Assembly (NCBI GenBank): GCA_015492645.1
Contig: WGER01000029.1
Coordinates: forward strand, 3,621-67,620
DNA: 64,000 nucleotides
DNA from: Nitrospirota bacterium
GTDB lineage: Bacteria > Nitrospirota > Thermodesulfovibrionia > Thermodesulfovibrionales > JdFR-85
Direction of reading: 5' to 3'
The position numbers and the translations under genes were made by a program. The notes under the pieces are model-generated. The model worked only from the letters and a program-made list of their open reading frames with translations. It was not told the DNA's origin and did not search any database. The number at the start of each line of letters is the position of its first letter. The first letter of the stretch is position 1. Shown in pieces: positions 18,405 through 30,066 of the stretch.

Positions 18405-19822
18405 CTCGACACAGGACAAAGATACTCTGTACAATAGGGCCGGCAAGTGAACATCCCAAGACCATCCGTGCGATGCTTCGCGGAGGTATGGACGGGGCGA
18501 GGTTGAACTTCTCCCATGGCTCCCGTCAGTGGCATGCCTCTGTATATAACCGCCTGAGGGACCTCTCTACGGAGACAAACTCTCCCCTTTGCATACTGCA
18601 GGACCTGCAGGGTATCAAGATCAGGATTACCGATGTGGAGAGCCCCTTCAGACTCAACAGGGGTGAGGTGGTCAGGGTTGCACCAGGTACCGAGAGGACA
18701 AGCCATCAATGCATTGTGATTGATTATCCCCATCTGTTGAAGGACCTCAAGAGGGGTGACAGGATACTGATTGACGACGGTTTGATAACACTCGTTGTGA
18801 GGGACAAGGGGGCTGGTGGCCTGAGGGCAGTGGTAAAAGAGGGAGGGATAATAAGCAGTCGGAAAGGTGTGAACCTGCCTGATTCCAGGGTCTCTTTAAG
18901 CCCTTTTACTGACAAGGACAGAGAGGACCTTGAGTTTGGTCTCTCCCTCGGCGTGGATTATGTGGCACTGTCTTTTGTGAGGTCTCACAGAGAGGTGAAG
19001 GCCCTAAAGGAGTGGATGGCCGGCAGGGGACACCAATTACCTGTGATAGCCAAGATTGAGAGGCCTGAAGCAGTCTCGGATATAGACCGGATCCTTGATC
19101 TCTCAGAAGGGATAATGGTTGCCAGGGGAGACTTAGGAGTGGAGATGCCCCCTGAAGAGGTCCCGCTCATTCAGAAGGAATTGATAATAAAGGCCAATAG
19201 CAGGGGGAGACTGGTTATCACCGCCACTCAGATGCTGGAGTCTATGAAGGAACATACAAGGCCTACCAGGGCCGAGGTGACAGATGTGGCAAATGCTGTA
19301 TTGGATGGTTCGGATGTCCTGATGCTCTCTGCAGAGACATCGGCGGGCAGGTACCCTGTACAGGCAGTAAAGATGATGCAGAGGATAATCTCTGCCACAG
19401 AGAAGAGGCCCGCTGTCAGGGAGAACCTCTTCAGACACAATATGCTCCAGAAGAGGGATGATATGAGTTTTGCCGTTGCAGATGCAGCGGTAAGGGCTGC
19501 TGAAGATATAAGGGCCAGTTATATTGTGGCCCTTACAGAGTCAGGTTATACCGCCATGTTGATATCCAAGTTGAGGCCCTCTGTACCTGTTATTGCCTTC
19601 ACACCAGAGGAGAGGGTGCTCAGGGTTATGAGACTCTTCTGGGGGGTTAGCCCATTTATGATGGAGAGAAAGGCCCACTGGGATGAGATGGTGAGTGAGG
19701 TGGTGGAGTTGATGAGGCAGAGGGGGCTTATTAGGAGGACCGAGACCTTAGTGATAGTGGGTGGTGACCCTCCAGGTATGGGTATGACCAATATAATGAA
19801 GATCATCAGGGCAGGTGTCTGA
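18401..19822 (+). CDS. pyk: Pyruvate kinase
   Basis: TKILCTIGPAS, RLNFSHG, AKIE, MVARGDLGVE, ATQMLESM, PTRAEVTDVANA; ATG 18401 overlaps the nadB stop. Confidence 0.96.
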   Translation: MTRHRTKILCTIGPASEHPKTIRAMLRGGMDGARLNFSHGSRQWHASVYNRLRDLSTETNSPLCILQDLQGIKIRITDVESPFRLNRGEVVRVAPGTERTSHQCIVIDYPHLLKDLKRGDRILIDDGLITLVVRDKGAGGLRAVVKEGGIISSRKGVNLPDSRVSLSPFTDKDREDLEFGLSLGVDYVALSFVRSHREVKALKEWMAGRGHQLPVIAKIERPEAVSDIDRILDLSEGIMVARGDLGVEMPPEEVPLIQKELIIKANSRGRLVITATQMLESMKEHTRPTRAEVTDVANAVLDGSDVLMLSAETSAGRYPVQAVKMMQRIISATEKRPAVRENLFRHNMLQKRDDMSFAVADAAVRAAEDIRASYIVALTESGYTAMLISKLRPSVPVIAFTPEERVLRVMRLFWGVSPFMMERKAHWDEMVSEVVELMRQRGLIRRTETLVIVGGDPPGMGMTNIMKIIRAGV

Positions 19823-19824
19823 GT

Positions 19825-20607
19825 GTGGCAAGACCTCTCGGTCAGCATTTTCTGAATCATCCGGGTATCCTCAAAAGGATCGTGGATGTGGCTGATGTAA
19901 GACCAGAGGACCTTGTGGTTGAGTTTGGTGCGGGGAAGGGTTCTCTTACTGCCTTTATTGCGGAAAGAGGTTGCAGGGTAATCGCCATAGAACTCGACAG
20001 GACCCTTTACAGGGTCCTGAGAGAGAGGTTTAGATTTGCAGAAAATGTTGAGATCCTCCGCGAGGATATAATGAGGTTTGACCTGAACTCTCTCCCCCCT
20101 TATAAAATAGTTTCAAATATCCCCTATTACATTACAACTCCCATAATCTTTCGTCTGCTGGAGGAGGGCGGCAGTCTCCTCTTGGCTGTACTCACAGTAC
20201 AGAAAGAGGTGGCAGAGAGGATCATTGCACCAGCAGGGAGCAAGAGATACGGGGTCCTTTCCGTGATGGTGCAGATGGTGGCAGATGCTGAGATCGCCTT
20301 TTACATACCAAAGGGCCTTTTTGTGCCACCTCCAAAAGTCGACTCAGCAGTACTTAAACTCACAAAGAGGGCGTCGCCACGGGTCCCTGTCTCTGATATG
20401 AGACTATTCAAGAAGGTGGTGAAGACCGCCTTCAGACAGAGAAGAAAGTACATTGCCAATTCCCTCAAGGGCCTCATCTCTAACCCTAAGGACCTCCTTA
20501 ATGATATCGGGATAACCCCTACCAGAAGACCTGAGACACTCACAATTGAGGAGTTTGCCAGAATAGCAGAGGCTATTCAGTCTCGCAGGGAGGAACCCTC
20601 TCCTTAA
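19825..20607 (+). CDS. rsmA: 16S rRNA m6,2A dimethyltransferase
   Basis: LGQHFL, EFGAGKG, SNIPYYIT, QKEVAER, PPPKVDS. Confidence 0.95.
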   Translation: MARPLGQHFLNHPGILKRIVDVADVRPEDLVVEFGAGKGSLTAFIAERGCRVIAIELDRTLYRVLRERFRFAENVEILREDIMRFDLNSLPPYKIVSNIPYYITTPIIFRLLEEGGSLLLAVLTVQKEVAERIIAPAGSKRYGVLSVMVQMVADAEIAFYIPKGLFVPPPKVDSAVLKLTKRASPRVPVSDMRLFKKVVKTAFRQRRKYIANSLKGLISNPKDLLNDIGITPTRRPETLTIEEFARIAEAIQSRREEPSP

Positions 20608-21040
20608 GGCCCTTGAGGACCTCAGGTGTTAATGCCACCTGGAGTTTGTAGTCTTCAACTGCATACTGGTCTTTCTTCTTTATCAGGAGCCATTGCCCCT
20701 GTCGATTCTTCATCTTCAGCAGTACAAAGAGACCTCTGAGTCTTTTGCCTTTAAGGAAGAACTCCAGTTTCCCTTCCTCGATGCTTCCATCCCTCAATTC
20801 ATACTCTCCCGAATCCCAGATCACCACAGGACCGGCTCCGTAATGTCCCTCCGGGATGATGCCCTCGAAGGTGCCATACTCAATGGGGTGGTCAGAGACT
20901 TCAACAGCAAGCCTTTTGTCCTTTGGTGACATGGATGGCCCCTTTGGTACTGCCCAGGACTTGAGGACTCCATCCATCTCAAGCCTGAAGTCATAATGGA
21001 GTTTTCTTGAGTGATGCTCATGTACAACAAAATAGGGCAT
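20573..21040 (-). CDS. Stand-alone LigD-type 3'-phosphoesterase domain protein
   Basis: FVVHEH, HYDFRLE, LKSWAVPKGPS, KRLAV, DHPIEY, FEGIIPEGHYGAG, WDSG. Confidence 0.92.
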   Translation of the reverse strand: MPYFVVHEHHSRKLHYDFRLEMDGVLKSWAVPKGPSMSPKDKRLAVEVSDHPIEYGTFEGIIPEGHYGAGPVVIWDSGEYELRDGSIEEGKLEFFLKGKRLRGLFVLLKMKNRQGQWLLIKKKDQYAVEDYKLQVALTPEVLKGLKERVPPCETE

Positions 21041-21100
21041 TACAGGCCTCTCTTCTTTGTAGTATTATACACATTCTGATTGAAAGTCAATCGGTGAAAT

Positions 21101-21200
21101 TTGTCCCGAATTGCTGTTTGACTTTTGGTCAAAAACTCAGTAAGCGGTAGGGGCTCCCGCCGTCTTTTAAATTGTATTTCTAACGGCTATTCTGGACTAA
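21101..21200. mobile_element. Short MITE-like element with imperfect terminal inverted repeats
   Basis: Left TTGTCCCGAATTGCTGTTTGA versus reverse complement of right end TAGTCCAGAATAGCCGTTAGA (16/21); right end resembles 30094-30122. Confidence 0.45.
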
Positions 21201-21247
21201 CACGATTACTTGCCAAATTCTTGTTTGTTTTTTTATCGTAATATACT

Positions 21248-22438
21248 ATGCCTGAATACAGTGATATGTTCAACTTCCGGAGAATAAAGAGGTTACCGCC
21301 CTATGTCTTCGCCATCGTAAACCAGTTGAAGTATGAGGCAAGGAGAAGGGGGGAGGACATCGTTGACCTGGGGATGGGCAACCCTGATCTCCCTACCCCT
21401 GAGCATATAGTGGCAAAACTCTGTGAGGCTGCCAAAAACCCGAAAAATCACCGTTACTCAGCCTCAAGAGGGATAACCCAGTTGAGGATGGCCATCTGTG
21501 AGTGGTATAAGAGGAGGTTCGATGTGGAACTCGACCCTGAAACAGAGGCGGTGGTAACCATTGGTTCAAAGGAAGGCCTCAGCCACCTGGTCCTTGCTGT
21601 CATTGAGCCTGGAGATGTTGCCCTCACACCCACACCTGCTTATCCCATCCATCCGTATAGTGTTATAATCGCAGGTGGTGAGGTGAGACAGGTCCCGATC
21701 GGTCCAGATATAGACTTTCTGGAGGAACTCGAAAGGGCCTACAAAAACACCTGGCCAAGACCAAAACTGTTAATCATAAACTACCCCCATAACCCCACCA
21801 CAGAGGTTGTGGAAGACCTGGAGTTCTTCCGTCGGACTGTAGAGTTTGCAAAGGAAAACCGTCTTATGGTGATTCATGACTTCGCCTATGCCGACCTCTG
21901 TTTTGATAACTATGTAGCCCCCAGCATCCTCCAGGTCCCAGGGGCGAAGGATGTGGCTGTGGAGTTCTTCTCCATGACAAAGAGTTATTCCATGGCAGGC
22001 TGGAGGGTCGGTTTCTGTGTGGGGAACAGGGAAATGGTAGGGGCCCTCACAAAGATCAAGAGTTACCTGGATTACGGAATGTTTCAGCCAATCCAGATAG
22101 CAAGCATTGTGGCCTTAAGAGGTCCCCAGGACTGTGTTACAGAGATCAGAAAGACCTATGAGAACAGGAGGAATGTCCTGTGCAGGGGGCTGAACAGGAT
22201 AGGCTGGAAGGTCACCCCACCAAAGGCAACGATGTTTGTCTGGGCCCGGATCCCTGAACCTTATGTGAAGATGGGCTCACTGGAGTTTGCGAAGTTTCTT
22301 CTGAGAGAGGCAAAGGTGGCAGTCTCTCCTGGAATAGGATTTGGAGAGGGAGGAGACGAGTACGTAAGGTTTGCCCTTGTAGAAAATGAACACAGGATAA
22401 AGCAGGCGATACGCGGTATAAGGAGGCTATTCAGGTGA
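21248..22438 (+). CDS. alaC: PLP-dependent class I aminotransferase, AlaC-like
   Basis: [54 protein letters not shown]; upstream of hom. Confidence 0.75.
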   Translation: MPEYSDMFNFRRIKRLPPYVFAIVNQLKYEARRRGEDIVDLGMGNPDLPTPEHIVAKLCEAAKNPKNHRYSASRGITQLRMAICEWYKRRFDVELDPETEAVVTIGSKEGLSHLVLAVIEPGDVALTPTPAYPIHPYSVIIAGGEVRQVPIGPDIDFLEELERAYKNTWPRPKLLIINYPHNPTTEVVEDLEFFRRTVEFAKENRLMVIHDFAYADLCFDNYVAPSILQVPGAKDVAVEFFSMTKSYSMAGWRVGFCVGNREMVGALTKIKSYLDYGMFQPIQIASIVALRGPQDCVTEIRKTYENRRNVLCRGLNRIGWKVTPPKATMFVWARIPEPYVKMGSLEFAKFLLREAKVAVSPGIGFGEGGDEYVRFALVENEHRIKQAIRGIRRLFR

Positions 22439-23727
22439 ACATAAATGTGGGGATCATCGGCTTTGGCACGGTGGGCACAGGTACTGTAAAGATACTCCTC
22501 CAGAACGGTCCTCTGATAAAGGAGAGGACAGGCCTGAATATAAACATCAAGAGGGTGGCTGACCTCGATATAACACGTGACAGAGGCGTCTCTCTACCCT
22601 CAGAGGTCCTTACAACCAGGGCTGAGGATATACTGATGGATCCTGAGATCGATATTGTTGTGGAACTCATAGGGGGGATACATCCAGCCAAGGAGTTCAT
22701 AATGGAGGCCCTTGAAAGGGGGAAACATGTGGTTACAGCGAATAAGGCACTTCTGGCCACTGAAGGTGAAGATATCTTCAGGAAGGCAAAGCAGAGGGGG
22801 CTTCTGATCGGGTTTGAGGCATCCGTGGCAGGAGGAATCCCTATTATCAAGGTGTTGAGAGAGGCACTTGTCGCAAACAACATCCTGTCAGTATACGGGA
22901 TAATAAACGGGACATCCAATTACATACTCACCAAGATGTCCGAGGATTCCATGGACTTTCATGAGGCGCTCCAGAGGGCACAGGAAAAGGGATATGCTGA
23001 GGCAGATCCCACCTTTGATATTGAGGGGATAGACTCGGCCCATAAATTGACCCTCCTCGCCTCACTCGCCTTCGGGATCCCCCTCGCCTACAATTCCATA
23101 TATACTGAGGGCATCTCTCATCTGAAGGCAGAGGACATCACCTTTGCCGAGGAACTGGGTTACAAGATAAAACTGCTTGCCATAGCCAAGAAGGTGGACA
23201 GGGAGGTTGAATTGAGGGTACATCCCACCATGATCCCTCAGGGGTATCTGCTCTCCAAAGTGGATGGGGTACTTAATGCGGTATACGTGGTTGGTGATGC
23301 AGTTGGAGAGACCCTGTACTACGGTAGAGGTGCAGGGGCATTGCCTACAGGAAGCGCAGTCGTGGCCGACATAGTGGACATAGCCTCTGTAATAGCAGGC
23401 AGATGTATGCCTCCGAGGTCACACATCCCCGAAACGACCGATCTCAGGATTAAGCCGCATGAAGAGGTAGAGTGCATGTACTATTTCAGGTTCTCTGCGA
23501 TTGACAAACCGGGGGTCCTGTCCAAGATCTCGGGGATACTGGGGGCACATGAGATCAGCATCGCCTCTGTGATCCAGAAGGGCAGAAGGGTGGGTAAGGC
23601 GGTGCCTCTGGTGCTACTTACCCACAGGGCAAGGGAAGCGGATGTCCAGAAGGCCCTGAGAGAGATAAACCAGTTAGATGTGGTAGAAGGTGAGACGGTC
23701 CTCATAAGGGTGGAATCAGAGGAGTAA
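22435..23727 (+). CDS. hom: Homoserine dehydrogenase with ACT domain
   Basis: [47 protein letters not shown]-terminal DKPGVL. Confidence 0.96.
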   Translation: MNINVGIIGFGTVGTGTVKILLQNGPLIKERTGLNINIKRVADLDITRDRGVSLPSEVLTTRAEDILMDPEIDIVVELIGGIHPAKEFIMEALERGKHVVTANKALLATEGEDIFRKAKQRGLLIGFEASVAGGIPIIKVLREALVANNILSVYGIINGTSNYILTKMSEDSMDFHEALQRAQEKGYAEADPTFDIEGIDSAHKLTLLASLAFGIPLAYNSIYTEGISHLKAEDITFAEELGYKIKLLAIAKKVDREVELRVHPTMIPQGYLLSKVDGVLNAVYVVGDAVGETLYYGRGAGALPTGSAVVADIVDIASVIAGRCMPPRSHIPETTDLRIKPHEEVECMYYFRFSAIDKPGVLSKISGILGAHEISIASVIQKGRRVGKAVPLVLLTHRAREADVQKALREINQLDVVEGETVLIRVESEE

Positions 23728-23785
23728 TCATCTGTTATAATAGATAGCAGGCATGATGGAATAATTTAATTTTTTTGGAGCGGTA

Positions 23786-24031
23786 ATGGAAGATCTCAGA
23801 CCTGATAAAAAGATCGATATCAGGGGCCTTGTCTGTCCCTACACCTTTGTAAAGTCCAAACTCGCTATTGAGGATATGGAGGTGGGCGAGGTCTTAGAGA
23901 TACTTCTCGACTATGAAGAGGCGGCAAGGAATGTACCAAAGTCCATGCAGGAGCACGGACATACAGTCCTGAAGGTCGAGAAGGTGAATGACAAGGACTG
24001 GATAATTGTCGTGAGAAAGGAGCACGACTGA
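23786..24031 (+). CDS. TusA/SirA family sulfur carrier
   Basis: IDIRGLVCPY, GEVLEIL, NVP motif; 81 aa. Confidence 0.9.
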   Translation: MEDLRPDKKIDIRGLVCPYTFVKSKLAIEDMEVGEVLEILLDYEEAARNVPKSMQEHGHTVLKVEKVNDKDWIIVVRKEHD

Positions 24032-24837
24032 TGGAGTTCACAGACGAACAGATACACCGATACAGCCGTCACATAATCCTGCCCGAGGTGGGCGGAAAAG
24101 GACAGAAGAGGATTCTTCAGTCCCGTGTATTGATTGTAGGGGCTGGAGGTCTTGGCTGTCCTGTGGGTTACTACCTTGCGGCAGCAGGGGTGGGAACGAT
24201 CGGTATAGTTGACAGTGATACCATAGAACTGAGCAATCTACAGCGTCAGATAGCACACAACACAGAGAGGCTCGGGATGCCGAAGGCAGATTCTGCAAAA
24301 CTCACCTTTGAGGCCCTGAACCCAGATGTGACGGTCATACCTATAAAGGAGAGGCTCAATAAGGACAATATCCTGGATATAATCAGGGACTATGATATAG
24401 TGGTGGATGGCAGTGACAACTTTCCCACACGTTATCTTGTAAATGACGCCTGTGTGTTGACAGGAAAGCCCCTTGTGAGTGGTGCAATCCTGAGGTTTGA
24501 GGGACAGGTGACCACCATTCTGCCAAGGGATGGTCACTGTTACAGGTGTCTTTTTGAGGAACCACCTCCTCCGGGCCTGGTGCCTTCCTGTCAGGAGGCA
24601 GGAGTACTTGGTGCACTGCCAGGAGTGATAGGGGCCCTGCAGGCGATGGAGGTCCTCAAGTTGATATTACAGAAGGGAGAACCCCTTAAAAATCAACTCC
24701 TAATATACAATGCCCTCACAACCTCTTTCAGAAAGGTGAGGGTACCAAGACGGAGTGACTGTCCAGTGTGTGGCGACAGTCCCACCATAACAGAACTCCA
24801 CGATTACGAGGCAGAATACTGCCAGATGAGGTTCTGA
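24031..24837 (+). CDS. MoeB/ThiF family adenylyltransferase
   Basis: RYSRHIIL, GAGGLG, SNLQRQ, DGSDNF, CYRC, SCQEAGVLG, CPVC. Confidence 0.92.
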   Translation: MEFTDEQIHRYSRHIILPEVGGKGQKRILQSRVLIVGAGGLGCPVGYYLAAAGVGTIGIVDSDTIELSNLQRQIAHNTERLGMPKADSAKLTFEALNPDVTVIPIKERLNKDNILDIIRDYDIVVDGSDNFPTRYLVNDACVLTGKPLVSGAILRFEGQVTTILPRDGHCYRCLFEEPPPPGLVPSCQEAGVLGALPGVIGALQAMEVLKLILQKGEPLKNQLLIYNALTTSFRKVRVPRRSDCPVCGDSPTITELHDYEAEYCQMRF

Positions 24838-24841
24838 ACCT

Positions 24842-25723
24842 ATGGGAGTGAAGAAGGCGATACTGCCTGCAGCAGGTCTCGGTACAAGATTCCTTCCTGC
24901 CACCAAGGCATCTCCGAAGGAGATGCTCCCGATTGTGGACAAGCCAATGATACAGTATGCGGTAGAGGAGGCGGCCGCCTGTGGGATCAATGAGTTCATC
25001 ATCATAACAGGCAGGCATAAAAGAACCATAGAAGACCACTTTGATACCGTTTATGAATTAGAGGAGAACCTCAAACAAAAGGGTAAGGACACGCTTCTTG
25101 AGGAGATTAACCGTCTGAGCCATCTCAACTTTGCATATATAAGACAGGGCCGACCCCTTGGGCTTGGTCATGCAATCCTGAGGGCATGGCCTTTTGTGAA
25201 GGATGAACCCTTTGCGGTCCTTCTGAGTGACGACATTATCGCCCCTGAAGACAGACTCCTTCAGGAGATGATCAACCTTTACAATGAGATAGACTGCCCG
25301 GTGGTGGCCCTTGAGGAGGTCCCAACGGAAGAGATTCACCGTTATGGTGTGATTGCAGGAGAAAAGGAGGGGGAGAACGTCTTCAGGATTACCGACCTTG
25401 TGGAGAAACCAGAGCCTGCGGAGGCACCAAGTAACCTGGCAATTATAGGCAGGTACATCCTCACCCCTGATATCTTTAAGGTCCTTGAAAGGATGAAACC
25501 GGGGAAGGGAGGAGAGTATCAATTAACAGATGCCCTGAAGGATTTGCTTAGGAGGAGGTCCATTTACGGATATGTGTTTAGGGGGAAGAGATATGATGCA
25601 GGAGACAAGTTTGGTTTTCTTCAGGCCACAGTAGAACTGGCCTTAAGGAGTTCTGCTGTCTCTGAAAAATTCAGGTCCTACCTTATCGAGATTTCTGAAA
25701 GGCTGAAGACGGAACATTCTTAA
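24842..25723 (+). CDS. galU: UTP-glucose-1-phosphate uridylyltransferase
   Basis: PAAGLGTRFLPATKASPKEMLP, GLGHA, LVEKP, GRYIL, EYQLTD. Confidence 0.96.
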   Translation: MGVKKAILPAAGLGTRFLPATKASPKEMLPIVDKPMIQYAVEEAAACGINEFIIITGRHKRTIEDHFDTVYELEENLKQKGKDTLLEEINRLSHLNFAYIRQGRPLGLGHAILRAWPFVKDEPFAVLLSDDIIAPEDRLLQEMINLYNEIDCPVVALEEVPTEEIHRYGVIAGEKEGENVFRITDLVEKPEPAEAPSNLAIIGRYILTPDIFKVLERMKPGKGGEYQLTDALKDLLRRRSIYGYVFRGKRYDAGDKFGFLQATVELALRSSAVSEKFRSYLIEISERLKTEHS

Positions 25724-25729
25724 GGGTTA

Positions 25730-26089
25730 ATGTTAATAAGCAAGGATTTCCCTGTCAGATTTCAGGAAAGGCCCTATCCACCTGTTGACATTATAGAGAC
25801 GGATAGCAGTATAATTTTAGTGTGTGACCTGCCTGGTGTTGATCCAGAAGGTCTTATTCTCAAAATTTCAAGAACCCAGTTCTTCATCTGTGGAGTAAAG
25901 GGAGATACCCCCTCTGGAAGGAGATATATCTGTATGGAGAGGAGAAGGGGTGGGTTCTTTAGACTCCTGTCCTTACCCCTGCCGGTTGACCCTGAAGGTG
26001 CAGAGGCTGTATATTCAGAGGGGGTTTTAAGGATAAGAGTTCCAAAGGTGAAGGACAGGGTATATAAAATAAAGGTAGAAAGGGAGTAG
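25730..26089 (+). CDS. Hsp20/alpha-crystallin family protein
   Basis: [34 protein letters not shown]; upstream of lon. Confidence 0.88.
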   Translation: MLISKDFPVRFQERPYPPVDIIETDSSIILVCDLPGVDPEGLILKISRTQFFICGVKGDTPSGRRYICMERRRGGFFRLLSLPLPVDPEGAEAVYSEGVLRIRVPKVKDRVYKIKVERE

Positions 26090-26094
26090 GCCAG

Positions 26095-28476
26095 ATGGTT
26101 GAATATATCAAAGAAGAACAGCAGGTAGAGATACCAGCAACCCTGCCAGTGCTACCTGTACGGGATATAGTGATATTCCCCTACATGATAATTCCGCTAT
26201 TTGTGGGCAGGGAGAAGTCTATAAATGCGATTGACAGGGCGATCAATACCAACAGACTCATACTCCTCCTCACACAGAAGGATATGGCAATTGAAGATCC
26301 CACACCCGACGATCTCTACAGGGTTGGCACTGTTGCCTTAGTGATGAGAATGTTAAAACTGCCTGACGGACGGGTGAAGATACTCGTGCAGGGCATTTCA
26401 AAGGCTGAGGTTGTTGATCTGAAACTGAAAGACAACTACTATGAGGCAACCATCAAGAAGATAGAAGACAAGAAACCAGCAGAGTTGACCATTGAAGTGG
26501 AGGCCCTGATAAGGGCTGTAAAGGAACAACTTGACAGGGCTGTCTCTCTCGGGAAGACCATCCTTCCTGACATAATGGTGGTTATAGAAAACCTTGAGGA
26601 CCCTGGCAGGCTGGCAGATCTCGTTGCATCCAATCTCGGGTTAAAGACAGAGGTGGCACAGCAGATCCTTGAGATACCTGATGCGGTGCAGAGGCTGAGA
26701 AAGGTGAGCGAGATCCTTACGAGGGAGATCGAACTCCTGCAGGTTCAGCAGAAGATACAGTCAGAGGCGAGGGGTGAGATAGACAAGACACAGAGGGAGT
26801 ACTTCCTGAGGGAACAACTCAAGGCGATCCAGCGAGAACTGGGTGAGATAGACGAGAGGCTGGAGGAGATCAACGAGTTCAAGAAGAAGATACAAGAGGC
26901 GAAGATGCCAGAGCCTGTAAGGAAGGAGGCAGAGAAGCAACTGAAGAGACTGGAGAAGATGCATCCGGACAGTGCAGAGGCAGCCACTGTCAGGACCTAT
27001 CTGGACTGGCTGGTAGAACTGCCCTGGAGTAAATCCACCAAAGACACCCTTGATATAAAGAAGGCAAAAAAGGTGCTGGACGAAGATCACTATGACCTTG
27101 AGAAGGTGAAAGAGAGGATACTTGAGTACCTGAGTGTGAGAAAACTGAAGAAAAAGATGAAGGGACCAATCCTCTGTTTCATCGGTCCTCCAGGTGTGGG
27201 CAAGACCTCTCTGGGCAGATCAATAGCAAGAAGTCTGGGCAGGAAGTTCGTGAGAATGTCACTGGGAGGTGTAAGAGATGAGGCCGAGATAAGGGGGCAC
27301 AGGAGGACCTATGTTGGGGCCCTCCCAGGCAGGATTATCCAGGGGATCAAACAGGCAGGCACAAATAACCCAGTCTTTATGCTCGATGAAATAGACAAGA
27401 TCGGCATGGACTTCAGGGGTGATCCCTCTTCAGCCCTCTTAGAGGTCCTTGACCCGGAGCAGAACAATGCCTTTGTAGACCACTACCTGGGTGTCCCCTT
27501 TGATCTGAGCAATGTGATGTTTATCACCACAGGCAATGTGGTTGACACCATCCCGGGTCCTCTGAGAGACAGGATGGAGATCATATACCTGAGTGGATAT
27601 ACAGAGGAGGAGAAACTCGGTATAGCCAAGAACTATCTTCTGCCAAAGCAACTCGAGGCCCATGGGATAGATGAGAAGACCCTGAAGGTGACCGATTCGG
27701 CCCTGAGGCTTATCATCAGCCAGTACACCCGTGAGGCAGGTGTAAGAAACCTCGAGAGAGAGATCGCGAACCTCTGCAGAAAGGTTGCCAGAAAAATTGC
27801 AGAGGGGAAGAAGAAAAAGAGTTTCGTAATAACAAGCCGCAACCTCCATAAATACCTGGGTGCACCCAAGTACCTCCCGGAAGAGGAGTTGAAGGAAGAC
27901 GAGATCGGGGTGGCCACAGGGCTGGCATGGACCGAGACAGGTGGAGACATTATATACGTCGAGGCAACCACCATGAAGGGAAGAGGTAATCTGACCCTCA
28001 CAGGTCAGTTGGGCGATGTAATGAAGGAGTCTGCACAGGCTGCTCTCAGTTACATAAGATCAAAGGCGAAGAAGTTGGGCATAAAGGAAGATGCCTTTTC
28101 CAGGACAGACATACACATACATGTCCCGGCAGGTGCGATACCAAAGGATGGCCCCTCTGCTGGCATTACAATGGCTGTAGCCATAGCCTCGGCACTGACA
28201 GGCAGACCTGTGGACAAAAGGGTCGCCATGACGGGTGAGGTGACGCTTCAGGGGAGGGTGCTACCCGTGGGTGGACTGAAGGAAAAGATACTCGCTGCAA
28301 AGAGGATGGGTATCAGGAGGGTCATTATCCCCAAGCGGAATGAGAAAGACCTCGAGGACATACCCAGATATGTGAAGAAGGATATGGAGTTCATACTTGT
28401 AGAAAAGATGGATGAAGTACTGGCGATAGCGCTCAAGAAGAAGGCAAAAAAGGGTGGTACAACCAAAAGGTCATAG
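26095..28476 (+). CDS. lon: Lon protease
   Basis: [38 protein letters not shown]. Confidence 0.98.
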   Translation: MVEYIKEEQQVEIPATLPVLPVRDIVIFPYMIIPLFVGREKSINAIDRAINTNRLILLLTQKDMAIEDPTPDDLYRVGTVALVMRMLKLPDGRVKILVQGISKAEVVDLKLKDNYYEATIKKIEDKKPAELTIEVEALIRAVKEQLDRAVSLGKTILPDIMVVIENLEDPGRLADLVASNLGLKTEVAQQILEIPDAVQRLRKVSEILTREIELLQVQQKIQSEARGEIDKTQREYFLREQLKAIQRELGEIDERLEEINEFKKKIQEAKMPEPVRKEAEKQLKRLEKMHPDSAEAATVRTYLDWLVELPWSKSTKDTLDIKKAKKVLDEDHYDLEKVKERILEYLSVRKLKKKMKGPILCFIGPPGVGKTSLGRSIARSLGRKFVRMSLGGVRDEAEIRGHRRTYVGALPGRIIQGIKQAGTNNPVFMLDEIDKIGMDFRGDPSSALLEVLDPEQNNAFVDHYLGVPFDLSNVMFITTGNVVDTIPGPLRDRMEIIYLSGYTEEEKLGIAKNYLLPKQLEAHGIDEKTLKVTDSALRLIISQYTREAGVRNLEREIANLCRKVARKIAEGKKKKSFVITSRNLHKYLGAPKYLPEEELKEDEIGVATGLAWTETGGDIIYVEATTMKGRGNLTLTGQLGDVMKESAQAALSYIRSKAKKLGIKEDAFSRTDIHIHVPAGAIPKDGPSAGITMAVAIASALTGRPVDKRVAMTGEVTLQGRVLPVGGLKEKILAAKRMGIRRVIIPKRNEKDLEDIPRYVKKDMEFILVEKMDEVLAIALKKKAKKGGTTKRS

Positions 28477-29467
28477 CCCCCTTAAGATAATCGGAGAACT
28501 CCAGTTAATCGAGGCTATAAGAAAGAGATTCAAACTGAGCGATGAGTCTGTACTTGTTGGCATCGGTGATGATGCCTCCTGCATAAAGGTCTCACAGGAC
28601 AATCTCATTGTCACAACTGACACCATGACAGAGGGTGTGCACTTTTTAAGACATCTCTTTACCCCTTACCAGATTGGTTATAAACTCACCACATCCTCTC
28701 TCAGCGATGTTTATGCAATGAATGGTATACCCCGCTGGGCTGTCCTCAGTCTCAGTTTACCTGAAGACTGGTCCTTTGGTGAGTTTGAAATGCTCCTGCA
28801 GGGGATTGAGGATGCAACCATGAATTACGGGATATCCCTTGTGGGTGGAGATCTTTCCGCATCAAAAAAGGCCCTAACCCTCAGCATGACCGTCCTCGGT
28901 ACAGCAACGGATATTGTGAGGAGAGATACTGCAAAGGTTGGTGACAGACTCTACCTTACAGGCCCTGTCGGTGAGGCAGCATTGGGGCTACAGGTCCTCA
29001 AGAGGATAAACAGATCTGTAGACATTGAAAGGGGAGAGAAGTTGCCAACCGAACTCCCCTGGGAATACATAGAACCTCTTCTGAGGAGGTTTCTCCTCCC
29101 TGATCTCATAAACCCTGCAGAGTTAGAAGTCCCCAAAAACGCCATGATAGACGTGAGTGATGGACTCTTTCTTGATCTCTATAGACTCTGCAGGGAGAGC
29201 ATAACCGGAGCCCGGATATACGAGGAAAGACTGCCTGTGACAGGACCTATGAAGAGGGCATCAGAGTACTTCGGGCTTTCCTTGGAGAAGGCGATATTCA
29301 GCGGTGGTGAGGATTACCAGTACCTGATCGCCTCTCCTGTGGAGATTACACTTGAGGGTCTTCATATGATCGGAGAGGTGGTGGAAGAGGAGATAACCAT
29401 CGTGAGGAAAGATGGCAGTATAGAACCGATACAGCCAGAGGGATACCAGCACTTTGTGGATAATTGA
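28454..29467 (+). CDS. thiL: Thiamine-monophosphate kinase
   Basis: [45 protein letters not shown]. Confidence 0.93.
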   Translation: MVQPKGHSPLKIIGELQLIEAIRKRFKLSDESVLVGIGDDASCIKVSQDNLIVTTDTMTEGVHFLRHLFTPYQIGYKLTTSSLSDVYAMNGIPRWAVLSLSLPEDWSFGEFEMLLQGIEDATMNYGISLVGGDLSASKKALTLSMTVLGTATDIVRRDTAKVGDRLYLTGPVGEAALGLQVLKRINRSVDIERGEKLPTELPWEYIEPLLRRFLLPDLINPAELEVPKNAMIDVSDGLFLDLYRLCRESITGARIYEERLPVTGPMKRASEYFGLSLEKAIFSGGEDYQYLIASPVEITLEGLHMIGEVVEEEITIVRKDGSIEPIQPEGYQHFVDN

Positions 29468-29888
29468 GAAACTGAAGGTCATCATTACAGTCAGGGAACG
29501 GCCAGAGAAGGTCTCCCTTTCATTCTCTATAGGTCTCTTTATAGGGCTTTCTCCCTTCCTCGGGATCCACACACTTCTTGCCATCCTTATAGCCCCTGTC
29601 CTGAGACTCAACATCTATGCAACACTTTCAGGTGTCTATGTCACAAACCCCTGGACACTTGTGCCGATCTATACCTTCTCCACCTGGGTAGGCACCCTGA
29701 TAGTGGGGGGCAATTATCTAAAGGAGATAGAATTCAGAGGACTCAGCATATTGAGCCTGTGGAAGGCCTTGAAATCACTCCTTCTGCCATTCTTTGTTGG
29801 CAGTCTCCTGGTCGCCTCTGTCGCATCGGTCCTGAGTTACTTTCTCCTCCTCAGATTTCTGAAGACCTTAAAAGGAAAGAATCCATAG
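29454..29888 (+). CDS. DUF2062 family membrane protein
   Basis: P..VSLSFSIGLFIGLSP.LG.HT, VTNPWT..PIY...WVG pattern. Confidence 0.8.
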   Translation: MWIIEKLKVIITVRERPEKVSLSFSIGLFIGLSPFLGIHTLLAILIAPVLRLNIYATLSGVYVTNPWTLVPIYTFSTWVGTLIVGGNYLKEIEFRGLSILSLWKALKSLLLPFFVGSLLVASVASVLSYFLLLRFLKTLKGKNP

Positions 29889-29923
29889 AGTTTTGCCAGA
29901 ACACCAAAGGACAATTCTGGGAT

Positions 29924-30066
29924 TTCAGCGATACCTTTAGTGCAGAGACCATTGTCACAGCCCCTGTGTTATAACTGAAGAAGTTACAACCTAATGTAAT
30001 AAAATTCATCGCATAATTTGTGTCCGAACCAGCACTGCCGCCTGAGGAATCTGTCGCATAAATCCT
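29924..30066. repeat. Dispersed ~140-bp repeat, copy 1
   Basis: Aligns by eye to 40539-40678 with few substitutions and a 5-nt indel; followed by TIR-like end at 30094-30122. Confidence 0.9.
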
